Source: Deltaproteobacteria bacterium (GTDB taxonomy: Bacteria > Desulfobacterota > Binatia > Bin18). From it: a DNA stretch of 64,000 nt. Numbering within the stretch: position 1 is the first letter of the stretch; each line of letters starts with the position of its first letter. The notes beneath the pieces are model-generated. The model did not search any database and had not been told where the DNA came from. It saw nothing but the letters and a program-made list of their open reading frames with translations. Shown here in pieces: positions 18,883 through 29,600 of this stretch. The translations under genes and the position numbers were made by a program. The stretch lies in assembly GCA_016874775.1 (NCBI GenBank), contig VGTJ01000005.1, positions 5,232 through 69,231 on the forward strand, given 5' to 3'.

Positions 18883-21800
18883 ATGAGTCATGAAGAGCCG
18901 CGAGTTGAACAAGACGCCATTGCCATTATCGGCATGGCCGCGCGTATGCCGGGCGCTGCGAACCTGGATGCCTTCTGGCGTAACCTGCGTGACGGCGTCG
19001 AATCGATCTCGCACTTCTCTGAAGAGGAGTTACTGGAATCGGGTCTCGACCTGGCGACGATCAGACAGCCCAATTTTATTCCAGCCAAAGGGATCATGGC
19101 GGACGTCGAGCAGTTCGATGCGTCGTTTTTTGGTATTGCTCCCAGGGAAGCTGAGATCATGGACCCACAGCACCGCTTACTCATGGAGTGTGCGTGGGAG
19201 GTGATGGAACACGCCGGGTATGATTCCGAGAGCTATGCTGGCCGCATCGCCGTCTATACCAGCACCGGCATGAATACCTATCTGCCGGTGAACATCCTCT
19301 CCAATCCAGGTCTGGCCGAGAGTGTCGGCGGCTTTCAACTGTCGATTTATAACGACAAGGATTTTGTTCCCACCCGCATCGCCTACAGCATGAATCTCAA
19401 AGGACCAGGGGTTGATATTGGCACCGCCTGTTCCTCGTCTCTGGTGAGCCTGCACTTTGCCTGTCAGAACCTGCTCACCTATCAGTGTGATATGGCGATT
19501 GTTGGTGCCGTGTCGGTCCATTTCCCCGTGAAGGTCGGGCATCTCTGTGAGGAAGGGGCAGCCTACTCGCCCGATGGTCACTGTCGTCCCTTCGACGCGA
19601 CCCGCAGTGGCTTGATTGATGGCAATGGCATGGGTGCGGTGGTACTCAAGCGCCTCTCGGACGCCCTTGCTGATGGCGACTATATTCACGCAGTGATTAA
19701 AGGGACAGCCATCAACAATGACGGCTCGTTGAAAGTCGGCTACGCGGCCCCCAGTATCGATGGACAAGCCAGAGTTATCATTGAGGCCCAGGCGCTGGCT
19801 GGGTGTCCGCCTGACACTATTAGTTATATCGAGGCCCATGGCACAGCCACACCGTTGGGTGATCCGATTGAAGTGAAAGCGTTGACCCAGGCGTTTCGCG
19901 TAGGCACGCAGCGCAAGGGATTCTGTGGCCTCGGTTCAGTCAAGTCCAATATTGGCCATGTCGATAAAGCCGCGGGGCTGGCCGGTCTGATCAAAACCAC
20001 GCTGGCACTTAAGCATGACGTGATTCCACCCAGTCTGCATTTCACCGCGCCGAATCCGAAGCTCAACCTGCCCGATAGCCCCTTCCACGTGGTCAACAAG
20101 TTGCAGCCCTGGCCCAAAAACGCCGACACGCCTCGGCGCGCGGGCATTAGTTCGTTTGGTGTCGGTGGCACCAATGCACATGCAGTGATAGAGGAAGCGC
20201 CGCCGGTGGCGCCGAGTTCGCCCTCCCGTCCGGTGCAGGTCCTGATGGTCTCAGCTAAAACCGAGGCCGCGGTGGAGGCTGCCACAGAGAATCTGGCAAC
20301 ATTCCTGGAACAAGCGCCGGACATGAACCTCAGCGATGTGTGCTACACCTTGCAGCAGGGCCGCCGCCCGTTTGTCTATCGACGAGCGGTCGTTTGCACC
20401 TCGGGGACCGAGGGTGTGAAGGCGCTGCGCGCAAGTCAATTCGCCCGTGTCGCCGATGCAACCAATCGCGGCGTGGTTTTTCTCTTCCCTGGTCAAGGCA
20501 GCCAGTATCCAGGCATGGGGCACGATCTCTACCGTCATGAGCCGGTCTTCCGCGACCAGGTGGATCAGTGTGCGCATTATCTAGAACCCGAGCTACAGTT
20601 GGATATCCGCACGCTGTTGTTCCCAGCCGCAGAAGAGTACGAAGAGGCGGCTACGCAATTAGCCCAGACCGCGTTGACGCAACCAGCCCTGTTCACCATT
20701 GAGTACGCCTTGGCGCAACTGTGGATGAGTTGGGGCGTGCAGCCGCGTGCGATGATCGGCCATAGCCTGGGAGAATATGTCGCCGCGTGCATCGCGGGCG
20801 TCTTTTCCTTGCAAGATGCGCTGACGTTGATTACCGCGCGCGGACGCATGATGCAGAAGCTACCATCGGGCGCGATGTTGGCGGTTCCCTTGGCCGAAAA
20901 AGAGCTACAGCCCTTGCTAGGAGCGAAAATTGACCTGGCCGCGGTGAACGGCCCACAACTCTGTGTCGTCTCTGGCCCCGAGCGAGAGATAGCTGCATTG
21001 GACGAGCGATTAACCAAGCAGGGACTCTCCTGTCGCCTTCTCCATACCTCCCATGCCTTTCATTCCGCCATGATGGAGCCGATGCTCCAACCCTTTACCA
21101 GCCTGGTGCGCAGCATCACGCTTAAGCCACCGCAAAGCCCCTATCTCTCGAATTTGACCGGGCAATGGATTACCGAAGCACAGGCCACCCAGCCAGAGTA
21201 TTGGGCCCAGCACCTGCGCCATACAGTGCGCTTCGCCGCTGGCATCTCTTGTCTACTCGATTCTGAGCCGTCGGTGCTGCTGGAGGTCGGGCCAGGACGC
21301 ACTTTGTGTGACCTGGCCTCTCAAGTGCAAAGCAAGCATCGTGCGCAGTGTTTGCCCAGCTTGCCGCACGCGCGGGAGAAACGCGGCGCGCAACAGTTCG
21401 TCTTGCAGGCTCTGGCCGAGTTATGGATGACCGGTGCGAATATGGATTGGGCAGGCTTTTACCAACACGAACGGCGTCAGCGCGTCCCCTTGCCGACCTA
21501 TCCTTTTCAGCGGCGCCGCTACTGGATTGATCCAGCCAAGCAGGTCACGATGGGAACGGCAGAAAGCACTGCAACCGGTAAGAAACCCGATGTCGCTGAC
21601 TGGTTCTACCTGCCCTCGTGGAAGGCAACGCTGACACCCGTGGCGCAGCTCGAAGCGATGCCCGCAGACACATGCTGGCTGGTCTTTGCTGACGAACATG
21701 GACTGGCTGCGGCGCTTGCGGCTGAACTGGTGCGTGTCGGTCACTCCGTGGTCAGCGTACGTAAGGGCGCTGGCTTTGCGCGCAAGGATGCACAGACCTA

Positions 21801-23568
21801 TACGGTGAACCCGACCGAGCCCGCTGATTTTGTGACTCTGTGTAAGGACCTGCACGATCGCCAAGTGCTGCCGCAACGGATTCTCTACTTGTGGGGCACC
21901 ACGAGCGACAACCGCACTGTGAGAGACCCGCACGATATCGGTGACTACTGTGGCGGTCTCTTGTCCATAGTCCAAGCGTTTACGCAGCAATCATCGGCGC
22001 AGCCGGTTGAGCTCCTCGTCGTCGCTAATCAGATGCGTGATGTCAGCGGGGAAACATCCATTGATCCAGCCAAGGCCGCCCTGCTTGGTCCGCTCAGCAC
22101 GATTCCTTGGGAGCATCCTGGTTTCACTTGTCGTGCGATCGACATTCCTTCGCCGGGCTTGCGAACCTGGCAGTTACCGAGTCTGGTCACTCGCCTGATG
22201 TCTGAACTCGGAGGACCTGCAGCGGAGCGGATTGTTGCTTTGCGGGCCGGTCAGCGTTGGATCGCCGATCTTGACCCGGTCCGCTTGGAAATCCCAAGCG
22301 CGGAAAAAAACCTACGAGGCTCCGGTCTGCTCCGCGACGGTGGGGTGTATGTGATTACTGGCGGTCTCTATACCATCGGGTTGCAGTTGGCCCGCCAGAT
22401 AGCGACTATGGTGCACGCCAAGCTGGTCCTGACCGCGTGCGGTCCAACGACCGGCAATGGATCGCAGCCGTCAGCCGCCGCGCTTGCTCCTATCGCGCCG
22501 CAGCTTCAGGAACTCGAATCGTTGGGCTGTGAGGTCCTACCGCTCCACCTTGAGCGCTTCGATACCCTTCACCTCGAAGACGCATTGCGTCACGCCGAAC
22601 GTCGCTTTGGCCGTATCTCTGGGGTGATTCATGCCGAGGACATGAGTAGTGCGCGCCTCTTCAGTTTCATTCAAGATCTCGATCCCACTGCCCGCGACCA
22701 CTACTGGAACGAGCAGCGCCAGACACTCGTCGCTCTCACAGAGTGTTTGCAAGAACGAGAGGTAAGTTTTTGCATGGTGATGTCTTCCCTCGCTTCTGAA
22801 GTCGGCGGGGTAGGGCAGGTCGCGCATACCACTGCCAGTGTGTATCTCGATGCGTTCACCCAGTGGCACCATCAACAGACGGCGTGCCCGTTGATGGTAG
22901 TGAACTGGGATATGTGGAACACCGAAGAAGACCGGGTACCGGCGCACTCGGGCCTCGCCACGCTCGCCATGACCCCCGCAGAAGGGGCTCACGCGTTCCA
23001 GCGCATGCTGTATGCCGGCACCTTCGCACGTATCCTTGTCTCCACCACCGATCCGCGCTTGCGCCACGAGGTGATCCGCACCATGCACGCAAAGCACGCG
23101 ACGCTCGGCCCGACGGAAGAGAGCAACGGACTGACTGGTGCCACGAGAGACCATGCACGTCCTGACCTACTGACTCCCTATGCGCAGCCGCGGAGCGACG
23201 ATGAGACCGTCATGGCTGAGCTGTGGCAAGAGTGTTTGGGCATAGACCGGATTGGCATTCACGACAATTTCTTTGATTTGGGCGGTCATTCCCTCCTAGC
23301 TACAAAACTTGTGTCACGCTTACAGCAGACCTTCCAGGTACGTATGGAATTGGACATTTTTTTCTCCAGTCCGACGATTGCCGAGTTGACCGAGGCGCTA
23401 CTGCATCAACAGTTAGAGCAGAATGGCGGAGATCAGATGACCCACTTACTCGACCGACTTGAAGAGCTAACCGAGGAAGAGGCCGAGGCTCTGCTGAACA
23501 GTAACAGCCTGCCCACGGACCTGCTTGCTGCTCTTGCCGACGAAATCAGTGACGACCGCAATCAGTAG
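18883..23568 (+). CDS. Type I PKS module accepting an aminoacyl chain from the upstream NRPS module: KS-AT-KR0(degenerate)-ACP
   Basis: The KS is a hybrid type (AIAIIGMAARMPGA, GTACSSSLVSLHFACQNL, HGTATPLGD). The AT carries GHSLGEY and HAFHSAMM. The KR-like region carries the Rossmann motif VYVITGGLYTIGLQLA but has lost its catalytic motifs. The ACP carries FFDLGGHSLLATKL. The protein ends with a docking tail. Confidence 0.93.
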   Translation: MSHEEPRVEQDAIAIIGMAARMPGAANLDAFWRNLRDGVESISHFSEEELLESGLDLATIRQPNFIPAKGIMADVEQFDASFFGIAPREAEIMDPQHRLLMECAWEVMEHAGYDSESYAGRIAVYTSTGMNTYLPVNILSNPGLAESVGGFQLSIYNDKDFVPTRIAYSMNLKGPGVDIGTACSSSLVSLHFACQNLLTYQCDMAIVGAVSVHFPVKVGHLCEEGAAYSPDGHCRPFDATRSGLIDGNGMGAVVLKRLSDALADGDYIHAVIKGTAINNDGSLKVGYAAPSIDGQARVIIEAQALAGCPPDTISYIEAHGTATPLGDPIEVKALTQAFRVGTQRKGFCGLGSVKSNIGHVDKAAGLAGLIKTTLALKHDVIPPSLHFTAPNPKLNLPDSPFHVVNKLQPWPKNADTPRRAGISSFGVGGTNAHAVIEEAPPVAPSSPSRPVQVLMVSAKTEAAVEAATENLATFLEQAPDMNLSDVCYTLQQGRRPFVYRRAVVCTSGTEGVKALRASQFARVADATNRGVVFLFPGQGSQYPGMGHDLYRHEPVFRDQVDQCAHYLEPELQLDIRTLLFPAAEEYEEAATQLAQTALTQPALFTIEYALAQLWMSWGVQPRAMIGHSLGEYVAACIAGVFSLQDALTLITARGRMMQKLPSGAMLAVPLAEKELQPLLGAKIDLAAVNGPQLCVVSGPEREIAALDERLTKQGLSCRLLHTSHAFHSAMMEPMLQPFTSLVRSITLKPPQSPYLSNLTGQWITEAQATQPEYWAQHLRHTVRFAAGISCLLDSEPSVLLEVGPGRTLCDLASQVQSKHRAQCLPSLPHAREKRGAQQFVLQALAELWMTGANMDWAGFYQHERRQRVPLPTYPFQRRRYWIDPAKQVTMGTAESTATGKKPDVADWFYLPSWKATLTPVAQLEAMPADTCWLVFADEHGLAAALAAELVRVGHSVVSVRKGAGFARKDAQTYTVNPTEPADFVTLCKDLHDRQVLPQRILYLWGTTSDNRTVRDPHDIGDYCGGLLSIVQAFTQQSSAQPVELLVVANQMRDVSGETSIDPAKAALLGPLSTIPWEHPGFTCRAIDIPSPGLRTWQLPSLVTRLMSELGGPAAERIVALRAGQRWIADLDPVRLEIPSAEKNLRGSGLLRDGGVYVITGGLYTIGLQLARQIATMVHAKLVLTACGPTTGNGSQPSAAALAPIAPQLQELESLGCEVLPLHLERFDTLHLEDALRHAERRFGRISGVIHAEDMSSARLFSFIQDLDPTARDHYWNEQRQTLVALTECLQEREVSFCMVMSSLASEVGGVGQVAHTTASVYLDAFTQWHHQQTACPLMVVNWDMWNTEEDRVPAHSGLATLAMTPAEGAHAFQRMLYAGTFARILVSTTDPRLRHEVIRTMHAKHATLGPTEESNGLTGATRDHARPDLLTPYAQPRSDDETVMAELWQECLGIDRIGIHDNFFDLGGHSLLATKLVSRLQQTFQVRMELDIFFSSPTIAELTEALLHQQLEQNGGDQMTHLLDRLEELTEEEAEALLNSNSLPTDLLAALADEISDDRNQ
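21560..22960 (+). other. Degenerate KR (KR0): structural fold retained, catalytic residues lost
   Basis: Compared with the intact homologous KR in the 36029-44842 protein (IHAAGS ... TAKVHGLYVL ... TAYSAANSFIDAF), this copy reads IHAEDMS ... NEQRQTLVAL ... VAHTTASVYLDAF. HAAG has become HAED, the Lys is Gln/Arg, the Tyr is His and the Asn is Ser. Confidence 0.7.
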
Positions 23569-23606
23569 GCCACAATGAACCTTGCTGCAAGAAGGAAGAC
23601 GAACAG

Positions 23607-26600
23607 ATGAAACACGTGGCAGAGCGTCTCGCTTCCCTGTCGCCCGCGAAACGGGCACTGCTAAAAAAGGTTCAACAGACCATCAGCCCTGAGTCCTTAG
23701 AGCAAGAACGCATTCCGCGCCGCACGTCAGGCGCAGCGCTGCCTCTCTCATTCCCGCAGCAGCGCTTGTGGTTCCTCGACCAGTTAGAAGGGCCGAGTGC
23801 AGTCTACAACATGCCTAATGGCATTCGCTTGGCGGGTCCGCTCAATTTCGCCGCTCTGCAGGCCGTCTTTCACGAGATCGTACGCCGCCACGAAGCCTTG
23901 CGCACTAATTTCATTGAGCAGAACGGTCGCCCCGTGCAAGTCATCCATCCAGAGGTTGCCTGTGCCCTCGCGGTTATCGATTTGCAACCATTGTCCGAGG
24001 CACCCCGGGAAGCCGAACTCCTTCGCCTGGCTACCCAAGAAGCCCGCCGCCCTTTTGATCTCGCCCGCGATCGTTTGTTACGGGTGAGTCTTGTCCGGCT
24101 TGCGCCCGACCTCCATGTGCTGCTCCTCAATCTGCATCATATAATTTCTGATGGCTGGTCGATTGGGAATGTGTTGCTGCGTGAAGTCACGACTCTCTAC
24201 CAGGCGTTCTCGCAGGGGAAGCCTTCGCCATTGCCTCCCCTGCCTGTCCAATATGCCGACTTCGCGTGTTGGCAGCGGGAATGGCTGAACGACCCACGCT
24301 TGACCAGTCAGTTAGCCTATTGGCAAAAGCACTTGGCTGATATTCCAGCGCTGCTCGAGCTGCCGACCGATCGCCCGCGACCCTCGGTGCGAACCTTTAC
24401 TGGCGCGACCCACTACTTCACCATTGAGCCTGCCCTCGTCGAGAGCCTCAAGACGCTGGGTCAGAGCTGTGGCGCGACCCTGTTCATGACGTTGTTGGCT
24501 GGCTATGGCGCCCTGCTTGCTCGCTATAGTCGGCAGGACACGGTGGTGGTGGGCTCGCCGATCGCTAACCGTCGCAGTAAAGAAGTCGAACCGCTGATCG
24601 GTTTTTTTGCCAACACGTTAGTACTGCGCTTGGACTTCGCCGAGAGCCCGAATGGGCGGGACCTGCTGGCTCAGGTGCGCCGCACCTGCTTGGATGCCTA
24701 CCGCCATCAAGACGCGCCGTTTGAACGCCTCGTCGAGCTTATTCACCCCGAACGTAACCTGAGCTTCTCTCCCCTCTTTCAGAGCATGTTCATTCTGCAA
24801 AATCAGAATGATCGTCGGGCTCATCTGCATCTTGGCGATCTGCAGATGTCAGCGATTCCACAAGACACAGCGGCCTCGATGTTTGATTTGACCCTCAAGC
24901 TGGAGGAAAGCGAGCAGGGACTCGCTGGGGAAGTTGAGTACAATACCGACTTGTTCGACGCTCCGACGATTGCACGCTTTGTGACCAGGTATCGGACGCT
25001 CTTAGCCGGATTGGCCGCTACGCCCGAGTGTCCGGTCGGACGTCTGCCGCTGCTTGATGATGCCGAACAGCAGCAATTACTGGTGGAGTGGAATGCGACG
25101 CAACGCACCTATCCTTTGGAGCAAACGGTCCACGCGCTCTTTACTCAACAGGCGCGACAATCCCCAGACAGGATCGCTCTGGTCCATGAAGACACCGTCA
25201 TCACTTACGGTGAGCTAGAGAGACGAGCGGCGCAGTTCGCGAGCTATTTGTCTGGCCTGGGAGTCGAGCCGGGCATGTTGGTTGGCCTGTGCGTCAACCG
25301 CTCGATTGAGATGGTCGTGAGCCTGCTGGGAATTCTCAAGGCAGGGGCAGCCTATGTGCCGCTTGATCCAGCCTATCCGAAGGACCGCTTGGCCTTCATG
25401 ATCGCGCATGCGCAGCTTTCGCTCGTCATTACGCAAGAGGCCACAGCCGAGGCGTTGCCAGAAGGGACGGTGCAGCGTATTTACCTCGACCGCGATTGGG
25501 CTACGATTGCGGAGACATCCCCGATTAGTCTTGCCGTCCCGTTGTACCCGACCTCTCTGGCCTATGTGATCTACACCTCTGGTTCGACCGGCACTCCTAA
25601 GGGCGTTGCTATTTCTCATGCGGCCTTGACCAATTTTCTGCTCGCCATGCGCGAGAAGCCAGGGCTCTCTGCCGACGAGACCCTGCTGGCGGTGACGACC
25701 ATCTCGTTTGATATCGCAGGGCTTGAGCTGTATTTACCGTTGATCGTGGGAGCGCGGATTGTCCTGGTTGCGCGGGACACGGCTGCAGACGGGTTCCAAT
25801 TGCTGGAAGTGCTGCGACAGACGGAAGCAACTGTCATGCAAGCCACGCCAGCGACGTGGCGACTGATGTTAGCTGCAGATTGGCATGGCCCACTGCCGCG
25901 CCGTATTTTTTGTGGTGGAGAGGCCTTGTCCGGAGACCTCGCCGCTCAGCTGCTAGCCACGAACGCTGAGGTCTGGAATCTCTATGGCCCGACTGAGACC
26001 ACGGTCTGGTCGACCGCAACGCAAGTTCACGCGCAGACCGACACACACGAAGTGAGAGACGGCAAGGAGTCGATCGGGCGGCCCATCAGTAATACCCACG
26101 TCTACATTCTCGACCGCTACTTCGAGCCAGTGCCAGGGGGCGTTCCTGGTGAGTTGTACATTGGTGGGACAGGGTTGAGCCAAGGGTATTTGCGCCAGCC
26201 AGCGATGACGGCTGAGCGTTTTCTACCTGATTCTTTTGGCACCGCGCCTGGTGCCCGTGTGTACAAAACTGGCGATGTGGCCCGCTTTCTTGCCGACGGA
26301 CAAATCGCCTTTCTCGGACGCGCTGATCACCAGGTCAAGATCCGCGGTTTTCGCATCGAGTTGGGAGAAATCGAGGCAGCCTTAGACCGTCACCCGGCGG
26401 TTCGCAATGCAGTCGTGGTCTGTCGCGAAGATCAGCCAGGACACCAACAGTTAGTGGCGTATCTAGAAGTTGATCCGTGCTGGCAAGGGAACGAGCACGA
26501 GTCTGCAGCCCTGGATGTGGCCCACACCGAGAAATGGCATACCGTCTGGGACCACACCTATCACGCGGCTGAGCCTGCGACCGACAGCGCTTTCGACACC

Positions 26601-29600
26601 AGCGGCTGGCTCAGCAGTTATACCGGGAAACCCATTCCCGCAGCGGAGATGCAGGCTTGGGTCGATGACACCGTCGCTCGTATCCTGGCGCTGCGGCCCA
26701 CGCGAATCTTGGAAATCGGCTGTGGAACCGGGTTGCTCCTTGCCCGTCTTGCGCCGCAGGTGCAGCACTATGTCGGCACTGACTTCTCGGCATCGGTCTT
26801 GGCCCGGTTGCAAAACCAGGTGGAACAGTCGGGAATGACTGGCGTTGAACTGTTCCGTCGCGCTGCCACTGAATTCGCGACTGAACATGTGCGCGCCTTT
26901 GACACCCTCATCTTGAATTCGGTCATTCAGTATTTCCCTGGGGTAGACTACTTCCTCGACGTGTTAGCAGGGGCGATCAATGCGGTGGCGGATGGCGGGC
27001 ATATCTTTTTGGGCGATCTGCGAGCATTGCCACTGCTCGAACTCCAACATGCGTCGGTCCAGTTCTACCAAGCTGCAGACGATTGTCCGCGCGAGGACCT
27101 GAGCCGTCGCGTGGCCAGTCAAACCGAGCGTGAAGAAGAGCTTGTCCTCGACCCACAGTTTTTTTCCACCCTGCAGGCACGCTTTCCCCGCATCAGCCAT
27201 ATCTCACTATTGGTGAAACGTGGACACTTCGCCAATGAAATGACTAAGTTTCGCTATGATGTGATCCTGCGCATCGGGTCCTCACCGCAGACTCCAGCGG
27301 TTGTGCCCGATGCCGCTTGTATTGACGCAAGCCACGCACTGACGCTGGAAGAGCTGCGGGAGCAAGTGACGCGCCGACTCGCCTCACAGCCTGACCTTTT
27401 CCTCATCCGCAATGTACTCAACCAGCGCGTCGCGGATGACATACGGGTGCTGGAATGGTTGGGAGGAGACTCGGGACCTCTCACTGTCGGGGACATGCGT
27501 GCGTGCCTGCGTGAAGAGCCGGGGGCAGGAATTGCGCCAGGGACGCTCTGGGCCCTGGGTGAATCTTTGGGCTACACGGTTGCGTGTGGTTGGGCAGCGC
27601 ACGAGCCTGGGCGCCGTTTTGACGCACTCTTCTATCGTAACAGTGAGGGTGGCAGTTGCACTGGAGTTCCCATCTGGCCCGCCAGCTCTGAAAGTGGCTT
27701 CTCTGCCACCCCGGCACAGTACGCCAACGACCCCGTCCAAAGCATTCGCACTCGTGTGCTGCTGAGCGAACTCCGCCCGCAGCTCGAAGCGCAGTTGCCT
27801 GTCTATATGCTTCCCTCAGCCTATATGTGCCTGGAGCAATTCCCGCTCACGCCCAACGGTAAAATCGACCGCCGCGCGTTACCCGCGCCCGCGATGGCTG
27901 GACGTGAGGTGCAGTACGAGGCTCCGCGTAACGCTACTGAGGAACGACTTTCCAAAGTGTGGGCTGAAATCCTCGGACTCGAAAATGTCGGTGTCAATGA
28001 TAATTTTTTCAACCTCGGCGGCCATTCCTTACTCGCCATCCAGCTTATTTCGCGGATTCGCGAGGCGTTCGCGGTCGAACTACCAATTAAGGCGCTCTTT
28101 GATGCGCCGACCATTCGCCGCCAGGCTGAGCGCCTCGCTGCACCTTCTGGGAACACCCGACCTGTGTTGCCTCCCGTCCCTGTGCTGTCCCCGCAGGAAC
28201 GGCAAACCGCGCTGTTATCCTTTGCCCAACAGCGACTGTGGTTCCTCGATCAACTCGAAGGCAATAGTGTCAACTATCATCTTTCCGGTGTGGTGCGCAT
28301 TGACGGACCTCTGGACGTCCCAGTCCTCACGCGCGTCTTGAGTGAAATCGTGCGGCGTCATGAAGTCCTGCGCACAACCTTTCCCGCACTGCACGGCGAT
28401 CCTTACCAAACGATCGCGCCAGCAACTCCGTTCCCCCTCCAGGTGCTGCGACTCGACACCTTGCCGCTCCACGCCCAGGAATACGAACTGCGTCATTGGC
28501 TCGCCACGGAAAACCAATGTCCCTTTCTTCTCGCTCGCGACCCGTCGATCCGCGCTACCTTGCTGCGTCTCGGGGAGGATTTGCATCTGTTGTCTGTGAC
28601 CCTGCACCACATCATCTCTGATGAATGGTCGATTGGACTGCTCTTCCAGGAAGTGACGGCTTTATATCGCGCCTTTAGCTACGGCCAGCCCTCGCCCTTG
28701 CCCGAACTGCCGATCCAATACGCGGATTATGCGCACTGGCAACGCCAGTGGCTGTCTGACGACGTGCTGCAAACGCAATTGCAGTACTGGACTGAGCAGC
28801 TAGCTGGTGCACCGGCAGTGTTGGAGTTGCCGGTCGACCGGCCCCGGCCACCAATGCAACGCTACCGCGGAAGCCGACAGTCTTTTCGCGTGGAGGCAGC
28901 GCTCACCTCCCAGGTCAAGCAGCTTGGCCAGAGCGCTGAGGCAACCCTGTTTATGACCTTGCTGGCTGCGTATGGCGTGTTGCTGGCGCGCTGCAGTCGG
29001 ACCAGCGATCTGGTGATTGGCTCACCGATCGCCAATCGCAACCAAGAGGCGCTGGAAGGGCTGATCGGGTTTTTCGTCAATACATTACCGCTACGGCTGG
29101 ATCTATCGAAAAACCTCACCGTGAGTGAATTACTCAGGCAGGTGCGACAAACAGCGCTGGCTGCCTATGACCATCAGGATGTTCCCTTCGAGCGCATCGT
29201 GGAAGAACTGCAGCCGGAACGTAGCCTGAGCTATGCGCCGCTCTTTCAGGTGATGTTTGTGCTGCAGAATGCGCCGGTGTCCGATCTGGAGATTGCAGGC
29301 CTGACGCTGGAGATGGTTGACCCCGAGTCTGTCACCGCCAAGTTCGATCTCACGCTCGTGATCGAGGAAAAGGACGGGGCACTCCTGGGCGTCATTGAGT
29401 ACAACACTGATCTGTTCGATGAGACGACGATCCTGCGCTTCATCGAACAGTACCGTGCTCTGCTGGCCAGCATGGTGGCCACCCCAGAAGCTCCAATCGT
29501 AGAGCTGCCGCTGTTGAGTGCCGTGGAACGACAGCAACTGCTGGTCACCTGGAACTCGACGACCGCCGCGGTTCCGCAACAGCGAACTATTGTCGAGCTG

